A DNA stretch of 63,148 bases, the filler included. It is 7 parts of 7 records of this genome, joined end to end, with 100 filler letters (N's around TTAATTAATTAA, not from the genome) between each part and the next. Parts side by side here need not be neighbours in the genome. Positions count along the whole stretch, not along the records: positions 16,292 to 34,427 come from SRR31156797_34183; 6 more parts are not named here. The stretch is one strand, 5' to 3'. This document shows positions 21,118 to 29,754 of this stretch, piece after piece. Under the pieces are notes generated by a model. That model did no database searches and had not been told where the DNA came from. It was given only the letters and a program-made list of their open reading frames with translations. Position 1 is the stretch's first letter; each line of letters begins with the position of its first letter. The translations under genes and the position numbers were made by a program.

Positions 21118-22056
21118 ATGCCACCAAAAGCGCCCATTAAAATTTTTACGGGAACTTCAACCAGGTACTTAACCGAAAAAATTAGTCACTATTCCGGAAG
21201 GGATCTTGGCAAGATTAAAAAACTAAATTTTAGCGATGGCGAATTTGCTATGGCTTTTCAGGAAACCATTCGTGGATCACACGTTTTTCTGATTCAATCA
21301 ACATTTCCACCAGCAGATAACTTGCTGGAATTGTTAATGATGATTGATGCCGCCAAAAGAGCCTCGGCCTATAAAATAGTAGCCGTTATTCCTTACTTTG
21401 GTTTAGCCCGTCAGGATCGAAAAGATCAGCCACGTGTATCTATTGGTGCCAAATTGGCTGCCGATATGCTTACTGCTGCCGGTATAGACCGATTAATTAC
21501 CATGGATCTACATGCTGATCAGATTCAGGGATTTTTTAATTTACCGGTAGATCACCTGTATGCGTCATCAATCTTTTTACCACATATTAAAGGTTTAAAT
21601 TTAGATAACCTGGTTATTGCTTCACCTGATGTTGGTGGTAGTAAAAGAGCCAATACATATGCTAAATTTTTGGGTACACCTATGGTTATTTGTCATAAAT
21701 CCAGAGCAAAAGCCAATGTGGTTAGTGAAATGCGCATTATTGGAGACGTAAAAGGTAAAAATGTAATTATTGTTGATGATATGATCGACACGGCAGGTAC
21801 CTTAACTAAAGCTGCAGATATGATGAAAGCTGAAGGTGCCTCCAGTGTGAGAGCTGTTGCTACGCACCCCGTTTTATCCGGTACAGCGTATGATAACATT
21901 AAAAATTCACAGTTGGAAGAATTATTCGTAACAGATTCGATTCCATTGAAACAGGATTGCGATAAAATTAAAGTTTTATCCATTGCTGAGCTTTTAGCTG
22001 ATACGATTGAAAAAGTTTATTACTACAAATCAATTAGTAATCAGTTTTTAATATAA
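21118..22056 (+). CDS. prs: Ribose-phosphate pyrophosphokinase
   Basis: FSDGE, PYFGLARQDRK, DLHADQIQGFF, SPDVGG, VDDMIDTAGT. Confidence 0.97.
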   Translation: MPPKAPIKIFTGTSTRYLTEKISHYSGRDLGKIKKLNFSDGEFAMAFQETIRGSHVFLIQSTFPPADNLLELLMMIDAAKRASAYKIVAVIPYFGLARQDRKDQPRVSIGAKLAADMLTAAGIDRLITMDLHADQIQGFFNLPVDHLYASSIFLPHIKGLNLDNLVIASPDVGGSKRANTYAKFLGTPMVICHKSRAKANVVSEMRIIGDVKGKNVIIVDDMIDTAGTLTKAADMMKAEGASSVRAVATHPVLSGTAYDNIKNSQLEELFVTDSIPLKQDCDKIKVLSIAELLADTIEKVYYYKSISNQFLI

Positions 22057-22062
22057 TTTTAT

Positions 22063-22070
22063 TATCTTTG
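22063..22070 (+). promoter_or_regulatory. Bacteroidota -7 promoter element
   Basis: TATCTTTG(CACCG) upstream of rplY. Confidence 0.65.
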
Positions 22071-22153
22071 CACCGCTTTTAGCAAAAAAGTGTGATGGGG
22101 AGTAAATCTTTCATTACTTGTGATTTATTTTGAGTAGCACAAAAAATTTAGAC

Positions 22154-22729
22154 ATGCAAAAGATTGAATTAAGCGGTTCCATTAGAGAATCCATTGGCAA
22201 AAAAGCCACAAAAGAACTTCGTAGTGAAGGTAAAGTACCTGGCGTACTTTATGGAGGTAAAGAAGTAAAACACTTCGTAATTGAGGAAAAGCAATTAAAT
22301 GCACTTGTGTATACACCAAATGTGTACATTATTAACCTTGATGTTGACGGAGAAAAAGTAGAAGCTATCTTAAAGGATATTCAATATCATCCTGTTACAG
22401 ATAGAATTTTACACGTTGACTTCTTACAAATCTTCGAAGATAAACCTGTTGTAATTGCAATTCCAGTTAAACTAGAAGGTTTCGCAGAAGGTGTAAGAGC
22501 AGGGGGTAGATTATCTCTTGAGCAACGTAAACTTCGTGTTAAAGGTTTACCAGCTAACTTACCTGATACATTAAACGTTAAGATCGACCACCTTAAATTA
22601 GGTCAGTCTATTCAGGTTGGAGCTTTATCATTCGATAACCTTGAGTTATTAAATGCTAAAAACTCTGTAGTAGCAGCTGTTAAGCTTACAAGAGCGGCTC
22701 GTGCTGCAGCTCAGGAAGCAAAAGAGTAG
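22154..22729 (+). CDS. rplY: 50S ribosomal protein L25/Ctc
   Basis: VPGVLYGG, QYHPVTDRILHVDF, EGVRAGG. Confidence 0.96.
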   Translation: MQKIELSGSIRESIGKKATKELRSEGKVPGVLYGGKEVKHFVIEEKQLNALVYTPNVYIINLDVDGEKVEAILKDIQYHPVTDRILHVDFLQIFEDKPVVIAIPVKLEGFAEGVRAGGRLSLEQRKLRVKGLPANLPDTLNVKIDHLKLGQSIQVGALSFDNLELLNAKNSVVAAVKLTRAARAAAQEAKE

Positions 22730-22751
22730 GAAACTATTTTATAGCATATCA

Positions 22752-22782
22752 GGCCTCCATATTGAAAAGTATGGAGGCTTTT
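22752..22782 (+). terminator. Intrinsic terminator after rplY
   Basis: GGCCTCCATAT-tgaaaa-GTATGGAGGCT then TTTT. Confidence 0.8.
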
Positions 22783-22801
22783 TATATTATTTTGGTTTTA
22801 T

Positions 22802-22963
22802 ATGAGCGTTTTTCGTCGTTTATTTAATTGGAAAAAATCACCTCAATTTAACGAGATGAAACGAGCCATGAGAAAATCTTTAGCTCATGCTAATCCTCAA
22901 TTCTCAGACAAAGTGGTGTTCAAAATTGGCGAGTTCCATGTGGCAATAAAAAGAAATATTTAA
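22802..22963 (+). CDS. Putative 53-aa basic small protein
   Basis: ATG..TAA ORF (MSVFRRLFNWKK...AIKRNI) fills the rplY-pth gap and ends 4 nt before pth. Confidence 0.4.
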   Translation: MSVFRRLFNWKKSPQFNEMKRAMRKSLAHANPQFSDKVVFKIGEFHVAIKRNI

Positions 22964-22967
22964 ACAC

Positions 22968-23531
22968 ATGAAATATTTAATAGTTGGTTTAGGAAATATA
23001 GGTTCAGAATACGAAGATACCCGGCATAATATTGGTTTTAATGTGTTGGATGAATTAGCCAAACAGGAAAAACTATCCTTTGAGAATTTACGTTATGGAG
23101 CTGTTGCTGAATACAAATTTAAAGGGAAGACATTAATTCTGCTTAAGCCAAGCACCTATATGAACCTGAGTGGCAAAGCCATTCGATACTGGATGCAAGA
23201 GGAAAAAATTAAACCTGAGAATTTACTGGTTATTGTAGATGATTTGGCTCTGCCATTTGGAGCTATTCGTATGCGCCAGAAAGGAAGTGATGCGGGACAT
23301 AACGGGTTGAAAAATATTCAGGAAATATTTGGCCATAACAACTACAGCCGAATTAGATACGGTATTGGCAATAACTTCTCCAGAGGAAAACAAATTGACT
23401 ATGTGTTGGGCAAATGGTCCGACGAAGAAATGGCTCAATTACCATTGGATATTGACCATGCCATTAACATGATTAAAGGATTTGTTACCATTGGTGCAGC
23501 AAGAACCATGAATCAATACAACAAAAAGTAA
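22968..23531 (+). CDS. pth: Peptidyl-tRNA hydrolase
   Basis: LIVGLGN, TRHNIGF, TYMNLSG, AGHNGLK. Confidence 0.97.
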   Translation: MKYLIVGLGNIGSEYEDTRHNIGFNVLDELAKQEKLSFENLRYGAVAEYKFKGKTLILLKPSTYMNLSGKAIRYWMQEEKIKPENLLVIVDDLALPFGAIRMRQKGSDAGHNGLKNIQEIFGHNNYSRIRYGIGNNFSRGKQIDYVLGKWSDEEMAQLPLDIDHAINMIKGFVTIGAARTMNQYNKK

Positions 23532-23536
23532 GCATT

Positions 23537-23926
23537 ATGGACGAAAGTGTAAGGGTAGATAAATATTTATGGGCCGTTAGAGTATTTAAAACCCGCAGCA
23601 TTGCAGCCGAAGCCATTAAAAAAGGTCGCGTTTTAATCGGTGGCCTACCGGTGAAAAACTCCAGAATGGTAAAGGTAGGCCTGGTTATCGACGTTAAGTT
23701 CCCACCTATTACACACTCTTATAAAGTACTGGCCATAAGTGGCAAAAGAATGGGTGCTAAACTGGTTCCTGATTTTATGACTGAAGTCACCAGTGATGAT
23801 CAGATTGAACTGTTTGAACTAACTAAAATGGCCAATGCCATGGGACGCCGCAAAGGATTAGGCAGACCAACTAAAAAGGATCGTCGAGATATAGATAAAA
23901 TGGAACAGGACGACTGGGACTTTTAA
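23537..23926 (+). CDS. hslR: Ribosome-associated heat shock protein Hsp15 (S4 domain)
   Basis: RVDKYLWAVRVFKTRS, GRPTKKDRR. Confidence 0.93.
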   Translation: MDESVRVDKYLWAVRVFKTRSIAAEAIKKGRVLIGGLPVKNSRMVKVGLVIDVKFPPITHSYKVLAISGKRMGAKLVPDFMTEVTSDDQIELFELTKMANAMGRRKGLGRPTKKDRRDIDKMEQDDWDF

Positions 23927-23976
23927 GCGAACCTAATTAGTATATTGATTTTTTTAATACCCATAATTACGACATC

Positions 23977-24528
23977 ATGATTGTAGCTAAAGAAAAACGC
24001 AAAACCAATATTATTGAATATATCCTTTATATGTGGCAGGTAGAAGACCTGATAAGAGCTTATCAGCTAGATATGAATGCCATCAAACAAAATATCATTC
24101 CACAATATAACATGAGTGGTGATATACTCATTGAAACCTACGAATGGTACGATAACCTGATTGAGATGATGAAAGTGGAGCAGATTCAGGAAAAAGGCCA
24201 TCTGCAGGTGATTACCAATATTGTTAATGATGTAAATCGTTTACATCAGGAGTTACTAAATGACACCAAAGAAATCGCATATCGCCATATTTACAATGCC
24301 ACCTTACCTTTTATTAGAGAATTCCACGAAAAAACAGGTAAACAAGCCAGCAACGAAATAGAATTATGCCTAACTGGTATTTATAGTCATTATTTGCTAA
24401 AGCTGCAGAATAAAGAAATATCAAAAGGTACGCAAGAAGCCATTAAGGCGTTCAGTAGCTTTTTGGCTTTTGTGGGTGGTAAATACCACGAAGAAGAAAA
24501 GAATGAGCAGACTGCCGGGGACGATTAA
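23977..24528 (+). CDS. Conserved Bacteroidota protein (DUF4924-like)
   Basis: N-terminal IAKEKR..NIIEYILYMWQVEDLIRA-type motif, EKGHLQ. Confidence 0.8.
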   Translation: MIVAKEKRKTNIIEYILYMWQVEDLIRAYQLDMNAIKQNIIPQYNMSGDILIETYEWYDNLIEMMKVEQIQEKGHLQVITNIVNDVNRLHQELLNDTKEIAYRHIYNATLPFIREFHEKTGKQASNEIELCLTGIYSHYLLKLQNKEISKGTQEAIKAFSSFLAFVGGKYHEEEKNEQTAGDD

Positions 24529-24535
24529 CAAAATT

Positions 24536-24620
24536 CAGTTAACAGTATACAGGGATCGGTTAACAGTAAACAGTTAGCAGTTGGCAGTATGATAGTAAAA
24601 AGTGATCAGAAATCAGATTG
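24536..24620 (+). repeat. Degenerate heptamer tandem array (CAGTNNN)
   Basis: cagttaa cagtata cagggat cggttaa cagtaaa cagttag cagttgg cagtatg, then decaying copies after a 1-nt shift. Confidence 0.8.
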
Positions 24621-24789
24621 GATGGTTAAATTGCAAAAGCTTAATATCTCGTAAAGTAAAGTTGCTATGTTATTTATTGGAGGCCTTTGGCCTATTCAAT
24701 TGTTTTAATTTTATTTATATAAATTCCGACTCAAATAATAAATGGTTTTTAATTGAGCATTGTAATGCGTCGGGTTTATGCGTATAGTG

Positions 24790-24832
24790 TACCCGGAGCT
24801 AGCGCACCGGGCTATGTTATACAAGTCCTTTG
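24790..24832. repeat. REP-like palindrome
   Basis: CCCGG-a-GC-tagc-GC-a-CCGGG hairpin with a GCTATGTTAT tail; the tail recurs at 24664. Confidence 0.45.
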
Positions 24833-24861
24833 GTTTTGATTAATCCCTTACTACTACTGAT

Positions 24862-25135
24862 AGAATACCTATTCCGATCAAAAAAAGACCTATTCGGAGT
24901 ATAAAAACACCTAAAAACAGTGAAAAAAGACCTGTGGACTACCAGCTGAATACCTAATTTCACCTGAAATACACCTACAAATGCTGACGAAACACCTAAC
25001 GGGAGCTAAAAAACACCTAATCTCTCTGCTTAAACACCTAAATCGCATAAAAAAAGACCTAAAACTACCGGATTTATACCTATAGCTCAGTAAAACCTAC
25101 CTAATCTCCTTAATGATACACCTTTTTATGGGCTA
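24862..25135. repeat. 21-nt-period interspaced motif array: 13 x ACCT(A) (TAGGT on minus) with unique spacers
   Basis: ACCT starts at 24867, 24888, 24909, 24930, 24952, 24973, 24994, 25015, 25036, 25057, 25078, 25099, 25120; no open frame spans it. Confidence 0.92.
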
Positions 25136-25163
25136 ATTATTCCTTAGTAAGGGCGGTATTTAC

Positions 25164-25206
25164 AAAGAAAAAAGCCTGCTATCCACCCTCCAATGTGATA
25201 ACAGGC
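25164..25206 (-). terminator. Intrinsic terminator of the 232-aa gene
   Basis: Minus strand GCCTGTTATC...GATAGCAGGC followed by TTTTTTCTTT. Confidence 0.75.
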
Positions 25207-25228
25207 CCAAATGAAACCCTAACAGTTA

Positions 25229-25927
25229 TTAGTTATAATACGATTCCGAATACAAAGCTGCACGGCTTGGATTATCACGGAAGGCGTATTTTCCATATTT
25301 TCGTATATAATCTATTAAATTCTTTAGATAATAAAAGGCTTTATTGCGATTTATTATCAACATGTTATCTTCTGCTTTTTCTCCATTTAACTTACCCAGC
25401 AATAGCATTAATTCAGAACTCAATTCCTCACACCTGTCGAATAAACTCATATCGTATTGTAAAGGTTCAAATACAGAAGTATCTTTTTTGCACAGGAAAG
25501 CAATTTCGTGCAGATCCTGAATTAAATCGTCGTAACCGTCGCCAGCAGTAATAAGCGATATTTTTGCCAGTGTTGCCTGATCTTCGCTATAAACAAAGCG
25601 AAGTGTGGTAAGCAGTTCTTTTTTTAGAGCCTGGCCTTCGGGATATAAGATATTCCATTGCTTACGGGCTTCTTCTTCCTCTTTTTTGCTATCCTTCCAT
25701 ACGGTTTGGTAATCGCGAAGTCCTTCAATAGCCGGCTCCAGTTTTAAAACATAATCCTGATTTATTCCTATTTGAATAAATGCCGACATATCGTTTTTTA
25801 ATAATTCCAACAAGTCGCTGCCTTGATGTACCAAATTGACAATAGGCGTGTAAGGAGCCTTTGCCATATCAGCAGACAAAGCCTCAATTTCGCTTTTTAA
25901 AGCTTGTAATGTTTTTTGTGTCACCAT
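25229..25927 (-). CDS. Hypothetical all-alpha protein (232 aa) adjacent to the 21-nt array
   Basis: Clean ORF with amphipathic helices; C-terminal RNKAFYYL..IRKYGKYAFRDNP..Y; no signal peptide, TM or catalytic motif recognised. Confidence 0.85.
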   Translation of the reverse strand: MVTQKTLQALKSEIEALSADMAKAPYTPIVNLVHQGSDLLELLKNDMSAFIQIGINQDYVLKLEPAIEGLRDYQTVWKDSKKEEEEARKQWNILYPEGQALKKELLTTLRFVYSEDQATLAKISLITAGDGYDDLIQDLHEIAFLCKKDTSVFEPLQYDMSLFDRCEELSSELMLLLGKLNGEKAEDNMLIINRNKAFYYLKNLIDYIRKYGKYAFRDNPSRAALYSESYYN

Positions 25928-26415
25928 GATTTTAAGGTTAGAAGAAGCACAAAAAGGTGGTTTTTATGCTTCATTTGTTAAACTATATATTATACAAAAA
26001 TTAATTGTTGTTGTTTTATAAAATACAAATTCATAAAGTCAAGTACGAATCTTGTACATCCATATATATTTGTTATAATAGCATTTACGCGACTAAAAAC
26101 TTACAAGAGAAATACTGATTTGTCTGTTTAAGTGAGAGAAAGTATGTATTCATGATTAGGTTTTTTGTTAAACATACTATCTAAACTAAAGCATATTTTT
26201 CAAACAAACAAATCATCATTCATTTTTTAAGGTGTACTTATGCCTATTATCTCGCTTATAATGAATATTTTTCATTTGCTAACACCTGCATTTACTAGTA
26301 AAACCACCTTGTGAAAATATTTTTCGAATAATTTACAATAGTTGCATTTTATGATTAGTATATTGCCCATCTATTCTTCGGAAAAACAAACACTAACATC
26401 TTAACCAAACTCATT

Positions 26416-27264
26416 ATGAAAGAAACAATAAACTATCCAAACCCTAAAAAAGAAACTGTCCTTGGCTTTTGGCATGCACTATTATTAATGATAGGGATTA
26501 ATTTAGCGGATCTATTCATTTCTATACCTATTGCCTTGTTATTTAAAGATTCATATAATACAGAACCTATAAATACTATTTACAAGTACTTTAGTATCTT
26601 GATATATATACCTTTTATTTATTGGTATGCTAAAAAGACCAATGCCAATATTAAAAGTACTATGCATGTGCCTGATTTATATTCAGTACTTAAGGTTCTG
26701 CTAATAACAATACTTGCTTTTATTGCCTTAGCTCCTACTATAATGAGTGATGAATTCTTTAGCTTTTTAATAGATTTTAAGCTAAGGATTATAGGTGGTT
26801 CCATACGTCCATTAGATCCATTCATCGATTTTAAAATGATGATTATTGGCCCCATTGTAGAAGAGTTATTTTATCGGGGTATTATACTAAAGAGTTTCCT
26901 AAAAAAATACTCACCACTTACAGCCTTATTCCTGTCGAGTATATTATTTGGTATTCATCATTACACTAATTTCTTTGGTCTGCATGCAGATAGCTATTAT
27001 AATATCATTTTTTATATCTGTCTAGGATTACTTTTGGGTATTATATATTACGCTAGCAATTCCATTATCATTGCTTCCTTGGCACACATATGTTGGAACA
27101 TACTTACCATTTACCAATACGAAATTATAGAACTGGATAGTACTAATTGGATATTACATTTATCTGTGTATACTATTGCTACAACAGGCCTGATATATAT
27201 GTTGTGGAAAGGTTATAACAATAAACGAAAGAATGAAATGACTACTGAAGCAGAACTGGTTTAA
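26416..27264 (+). CDS. CPBP (CAAX/Abi) intramembrane metalloprotease
   Basis: GPIVEELFYRG, SSILFGIHH, AHICWN; multi-TM. Confidence 0.9.
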   Translation: MKETINYPNPKKETVLGFWHALLLMIGINLADLFISIPIALLFKDSYNTEPINTIYKYFSILIYIPFIYWYAKKTNANIKSTMHVPDLYSVLKVLLITILAFIALAPTIMSDEFFSFLIDFKLRIIGGSIRPLDPFIDFKMMIIGPIVEELFYRGIILKSFLKKYSPLTALFLSSILFGIHHYTNFFGLHADSYYNIIFYICLGLLLGIIYYASNSIIIASLAHICWNILTIYQYEIIELDSTNWILHLSVYTIATTGLIYMLWKGYNNKRKNEMTTEAELV

Positions 27265-27352
27265 AACTACTATTCGATGTCACAATTCTTTTACTTGCAA
27301 TATCTTCTTAAATATTCGATGAATATATCTTATTAAAAAAAGTACTATAAAG

Positions 27353-27380
27353 CGGGAGCGTTTTCTACACATTTGTTGTT
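27353..27380 (+). promoter_or_regulatory. Putative ECF sigma promoter, copy 1 (autoregulatory)
   Basis: CGGGAGCGTTTT..ACAC..TGTTGTT, repeated at 29634 with identical spacing. Confidence 0.65.
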
Positions 27381-27433
27381 GTTGATATAAATCCTAAAAG
27401 AGTATTAATCATATATCAATCATTATTTAATTC

Positions 27434-28006
27434 ATGAATGAAGAAAACTTAGTGATTAAGTGTAAAAAAGGCAAAAGATCCGCTCAGTTTGAGGTATATA
27501 AAAAATATGCTCCAATACTAAGAGGCGTTTGTTGTCGTTATATTTCTTCTCCGGATGAGGCAGAAGATGTACTTCAGGAAGGTTTTTTTAAAATTTTTAC
27601 CCAAATAGAAAAGTTTACCTATCAAGGTGAAAATTCGTTTTTGTATTGGATGAAAAGGCTCATGATTAATGATTCTTTAAACTACCTGAAAAAAAACAAG
27701 AAAAACCTATTTGATAAATCTTATACCGATGAGTATTTAAATGTACCGGAAGAAAACCCCGACATTATATTCGAGGCTGATTATTCCAAATACTCCAAGG
27801 AAGATGTAATAAATGCATTGGAGCAATTACCCCTGCCTTTTAAAACGGTATTAAACCTGGCTGTTATAGATGGGTTAAAACATCGCGAGATAGCAGAAAT
27901 TACTGGTGTTGCCGAAGAAACTTCACGATCGCGTTTAACCCGAGCTAAAAAAATGCTGCGTAATAATCTTGCCATTGTATCATCACAGGTAGAGACGAAT
28001 GTATAA
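27434..28006 (+). CDS. ECF RNA polymerase sigma factor
   Basis: Region 2 AEDVLQEGFFKIF; region 4 HREIAEITGVAEETSRSRLTRAK. Confidence 0.93.
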   Translation: MNEENLVIKCKKGKRSAQFEVYKKYAPILRGVCCRYISSPDEAEDVLQEGFFKIFTQIEKFTYQGENSFLYWMKRLMINDSLNYLKKNKKNLFDKSYTDEYLNVPEENPDIIFEADYSKYSKEDVINALEQLPLPFKTVLNLAVIDGLKHREIAEITGVAEETSRSRLTRAKKMLRNNLAIVSSQVETNV

Positions 28007-28802
28007 CTGGTTTAAAAAATATAACCATTTTATTGTATATGCTATGTCAATAAATCATACAAATCAAACAGATCCATTAGAACAATTACTTACTCATGCT
28101 TATTCGGATTATTCTATACCGGAAACGAGTGGAAGTTCCTGGACAAAAATTAAATATAAAGTAATTAAGCACAATTTCCTGAAATTTAATGCCTTTACTT
28201 TTAATGCCTATTATGCCGTAGCAGTATCTGTTTTTACTGTTATTGGTGTCAACATATATAACCGTTCAACACAAAACCCAGAAGATAATCAGCTTTCTTC
28301 GCCCAAAGAACAGTTTATACCGATCAATCAGGAGGAATTAGAGATTCCGCAAACTACAGATACCCTAATTGTAGAGCCTGTTATAGATTCAGATCAATCT
28401 AATAAGTATCCTGTCGCGACCAAGGAATTAAATCAAATAAGCAATTCTGAACCATTGCACTTAGATACCAATACACCTAAGTCTGTTAATATTAAATCTC
28501 AAACAACAGAACCAGCTCCGGCAAATACATCTTCATTAAAGCTAAAGAAGCTAACTGAGAAAAATAAGGAACTGCCTAAAGACAGCTCTTTAATAAATGA
28601 CGGAAGTGCACCTAAAATCATACAAATACATCCGGTAAATGAAACCGTGGATAATCGATTAAAAAGTTCAACCGATTCTACTTTGATAACTACTCCTATA
28701 GTAGATTCAATATCTGTACCTACTAATATCAGGCAACAGCCTGTTGTAATCACAGATACCATTGTCAAAGTCATTAAAAAGCGAAGGAAAAGAAAAAAAT
28801 AA
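27999..28802 (+). CDS. Putative anti-sigma-like single-pass membrane protein
   Basis: Overlaps the sigma stop; one TM (YYAVAVSVFTVIGV) then a low-complexity S/T/P tail; start may be 28044. Confidence 0.6.
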   Translation: MYNWFKKYNHFIVYAMSINHTNQTDPLEQLLTHAYSDYSIPETSGSSWTKIKYKVIKHNFLKFNAFTFNAYYAVAVSVFTVIGVNIYNRSTQNPEDNQLSSPKEQFIPINQEELEIPQTTDTLIVEPVIDSDQSNKYPVATKELNQISNSEPLHLDTNTPKSVNIKSQTTEPAPANTSSLKLKKLTEKNKELPKDSSLINDGSAPKIIQIHPVNETVDNRLKSSTDSTLITTPIVDSISVPTNIRQQPVVITDTIVKVIKKRRKRKK

Positions 28803-28815
28803 CCAAGCGAAATAT

Positions 28816-29628
28816 ATGAAAATATTTTACACAGCTGTTTTACTGTGCTCCATATGCATCATGCCAATTGCGGCAAAAAAGGGATTGGCAGATCAAAACA
28901 TAACCATACAGCAAGATACCATTAGAAAAGTGATGGAAGTTATTCGTTACGAATACGAATATTACGACCCCGTACCAATTCAGTTATGGATAGGTACGGG
29001 TATCAATTTTCAGAGCACCGAGATAAAGAGTAATTCGTTTAATGCCTCCTACAATCAGCCTAATATACCCTTGGAAATAAGATTACAAAAGGGTCGCTTT
29101 TATGCCAGGAGCGGATTTAGTTTTCAGAACGCATCTTTTTTTACACCATTTAGCGAAACTATTGAAAGTACTATCGAGCATCTGATAACACAAACTGTTG
29201 TAGTAGATACTTTTTACAGGTATAACAACGGTAATCCACAAGCCGAGATCGTAACAAAAGAAATTGAAGTTGCAGAATATGAAACGATAGAAAAAGATAC
29301 GACTTATCAAAAGAAAAGAAATTACAGTACCTATCAAATCCCCTTAAGTATTGGTTATAGTCAGCCTTTTAATAAGTTTTCCCTGCGGGGAGATGTGGGT
29401 GTATGCCTGCATTTTTTCACCCATGAAGCACGCAAATATGTGGCAGCAGATTTTCCTGAAGCCGACCATAGTTTTTATACCTATCAGCTGGCTTTAGGAG
29501 CCGGGTATACTTTTAGTAAAAGATTGCAGGTGGATTGCAGTATCGCGTTAAGTCAAACAATAAATAACAACTCATTTGATTTGGCCGGGCGAAATGTGGG
29601 TTTTCGACTTTTTTATAAATTATTTTGA
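28816..29628 (+). CDS. Outer-membrane beta-barrel protein (PorT-like)
   Basis: Signal peptide, YQIPLSIGY, C-terminal GFRLFYKLF aromatic end. Confidence 0.65.
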   Translation: MKIFYTAVLLCSICIMPIAAKKGLADQNITIQQDTIRKVMEVIRYEYEYYDPVPIQLWIGTGINFQSTEIKSNSFNASYNQPNIPLEIRLQKGRFYARSGFSFQNASFFTPFSETIESTIEHLITQTVVVDTFYRYNNGNPQAEIVTKEIEVAEYETIEKDTTYQKKRNYSTYQIPLSIGYSQPFNKFSLRGDVGVCLHFFTHEARKYVAADFPEADHSFYTYQLALGAGYTFSKRLQVDCSIALSQTINNNSFDLAGRNVGFRLFYKLF

Positions 29629-29633
29629 AAAAT

Positions 29634-29661
29634 CGGGAGCGTTTTTACACCGTGTGTTGTT
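29634..29661 (+). promoter_or_regulatory. Putative ECF sigma promoter, copy 2
   Basis: CGGGAGCGTTTTTACACCGTGTGTTGTT upstream of the T9SS cargo gene. Confidence 0.65.
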
Positions 29662-29754
29662 TACAGGTTGAAATACATAATTAAACAACTAAGCAATACC
29701 ATTTCAAATATCCGGCCGGTAAAATGTTAATGTGTTTGCCCTAAAACAGATAAA

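Noticed and set aside
24602-24787. 61-aa ORF
   Set aside because: GTG start inside the heptamer tract, AT-rich, no recognisable protein features
24862-25135. Calling the array a CRISPR or a heptad-repeat gene
   Set aside because: The conserved motif is only 4-5 nt in a 21-nt unit, there are no cas genes, and the reading frames are interrupted by stops
25195-25551. 118-aa + strand ORF
   Set aside because: Antisense shadow of the 232-aa gene
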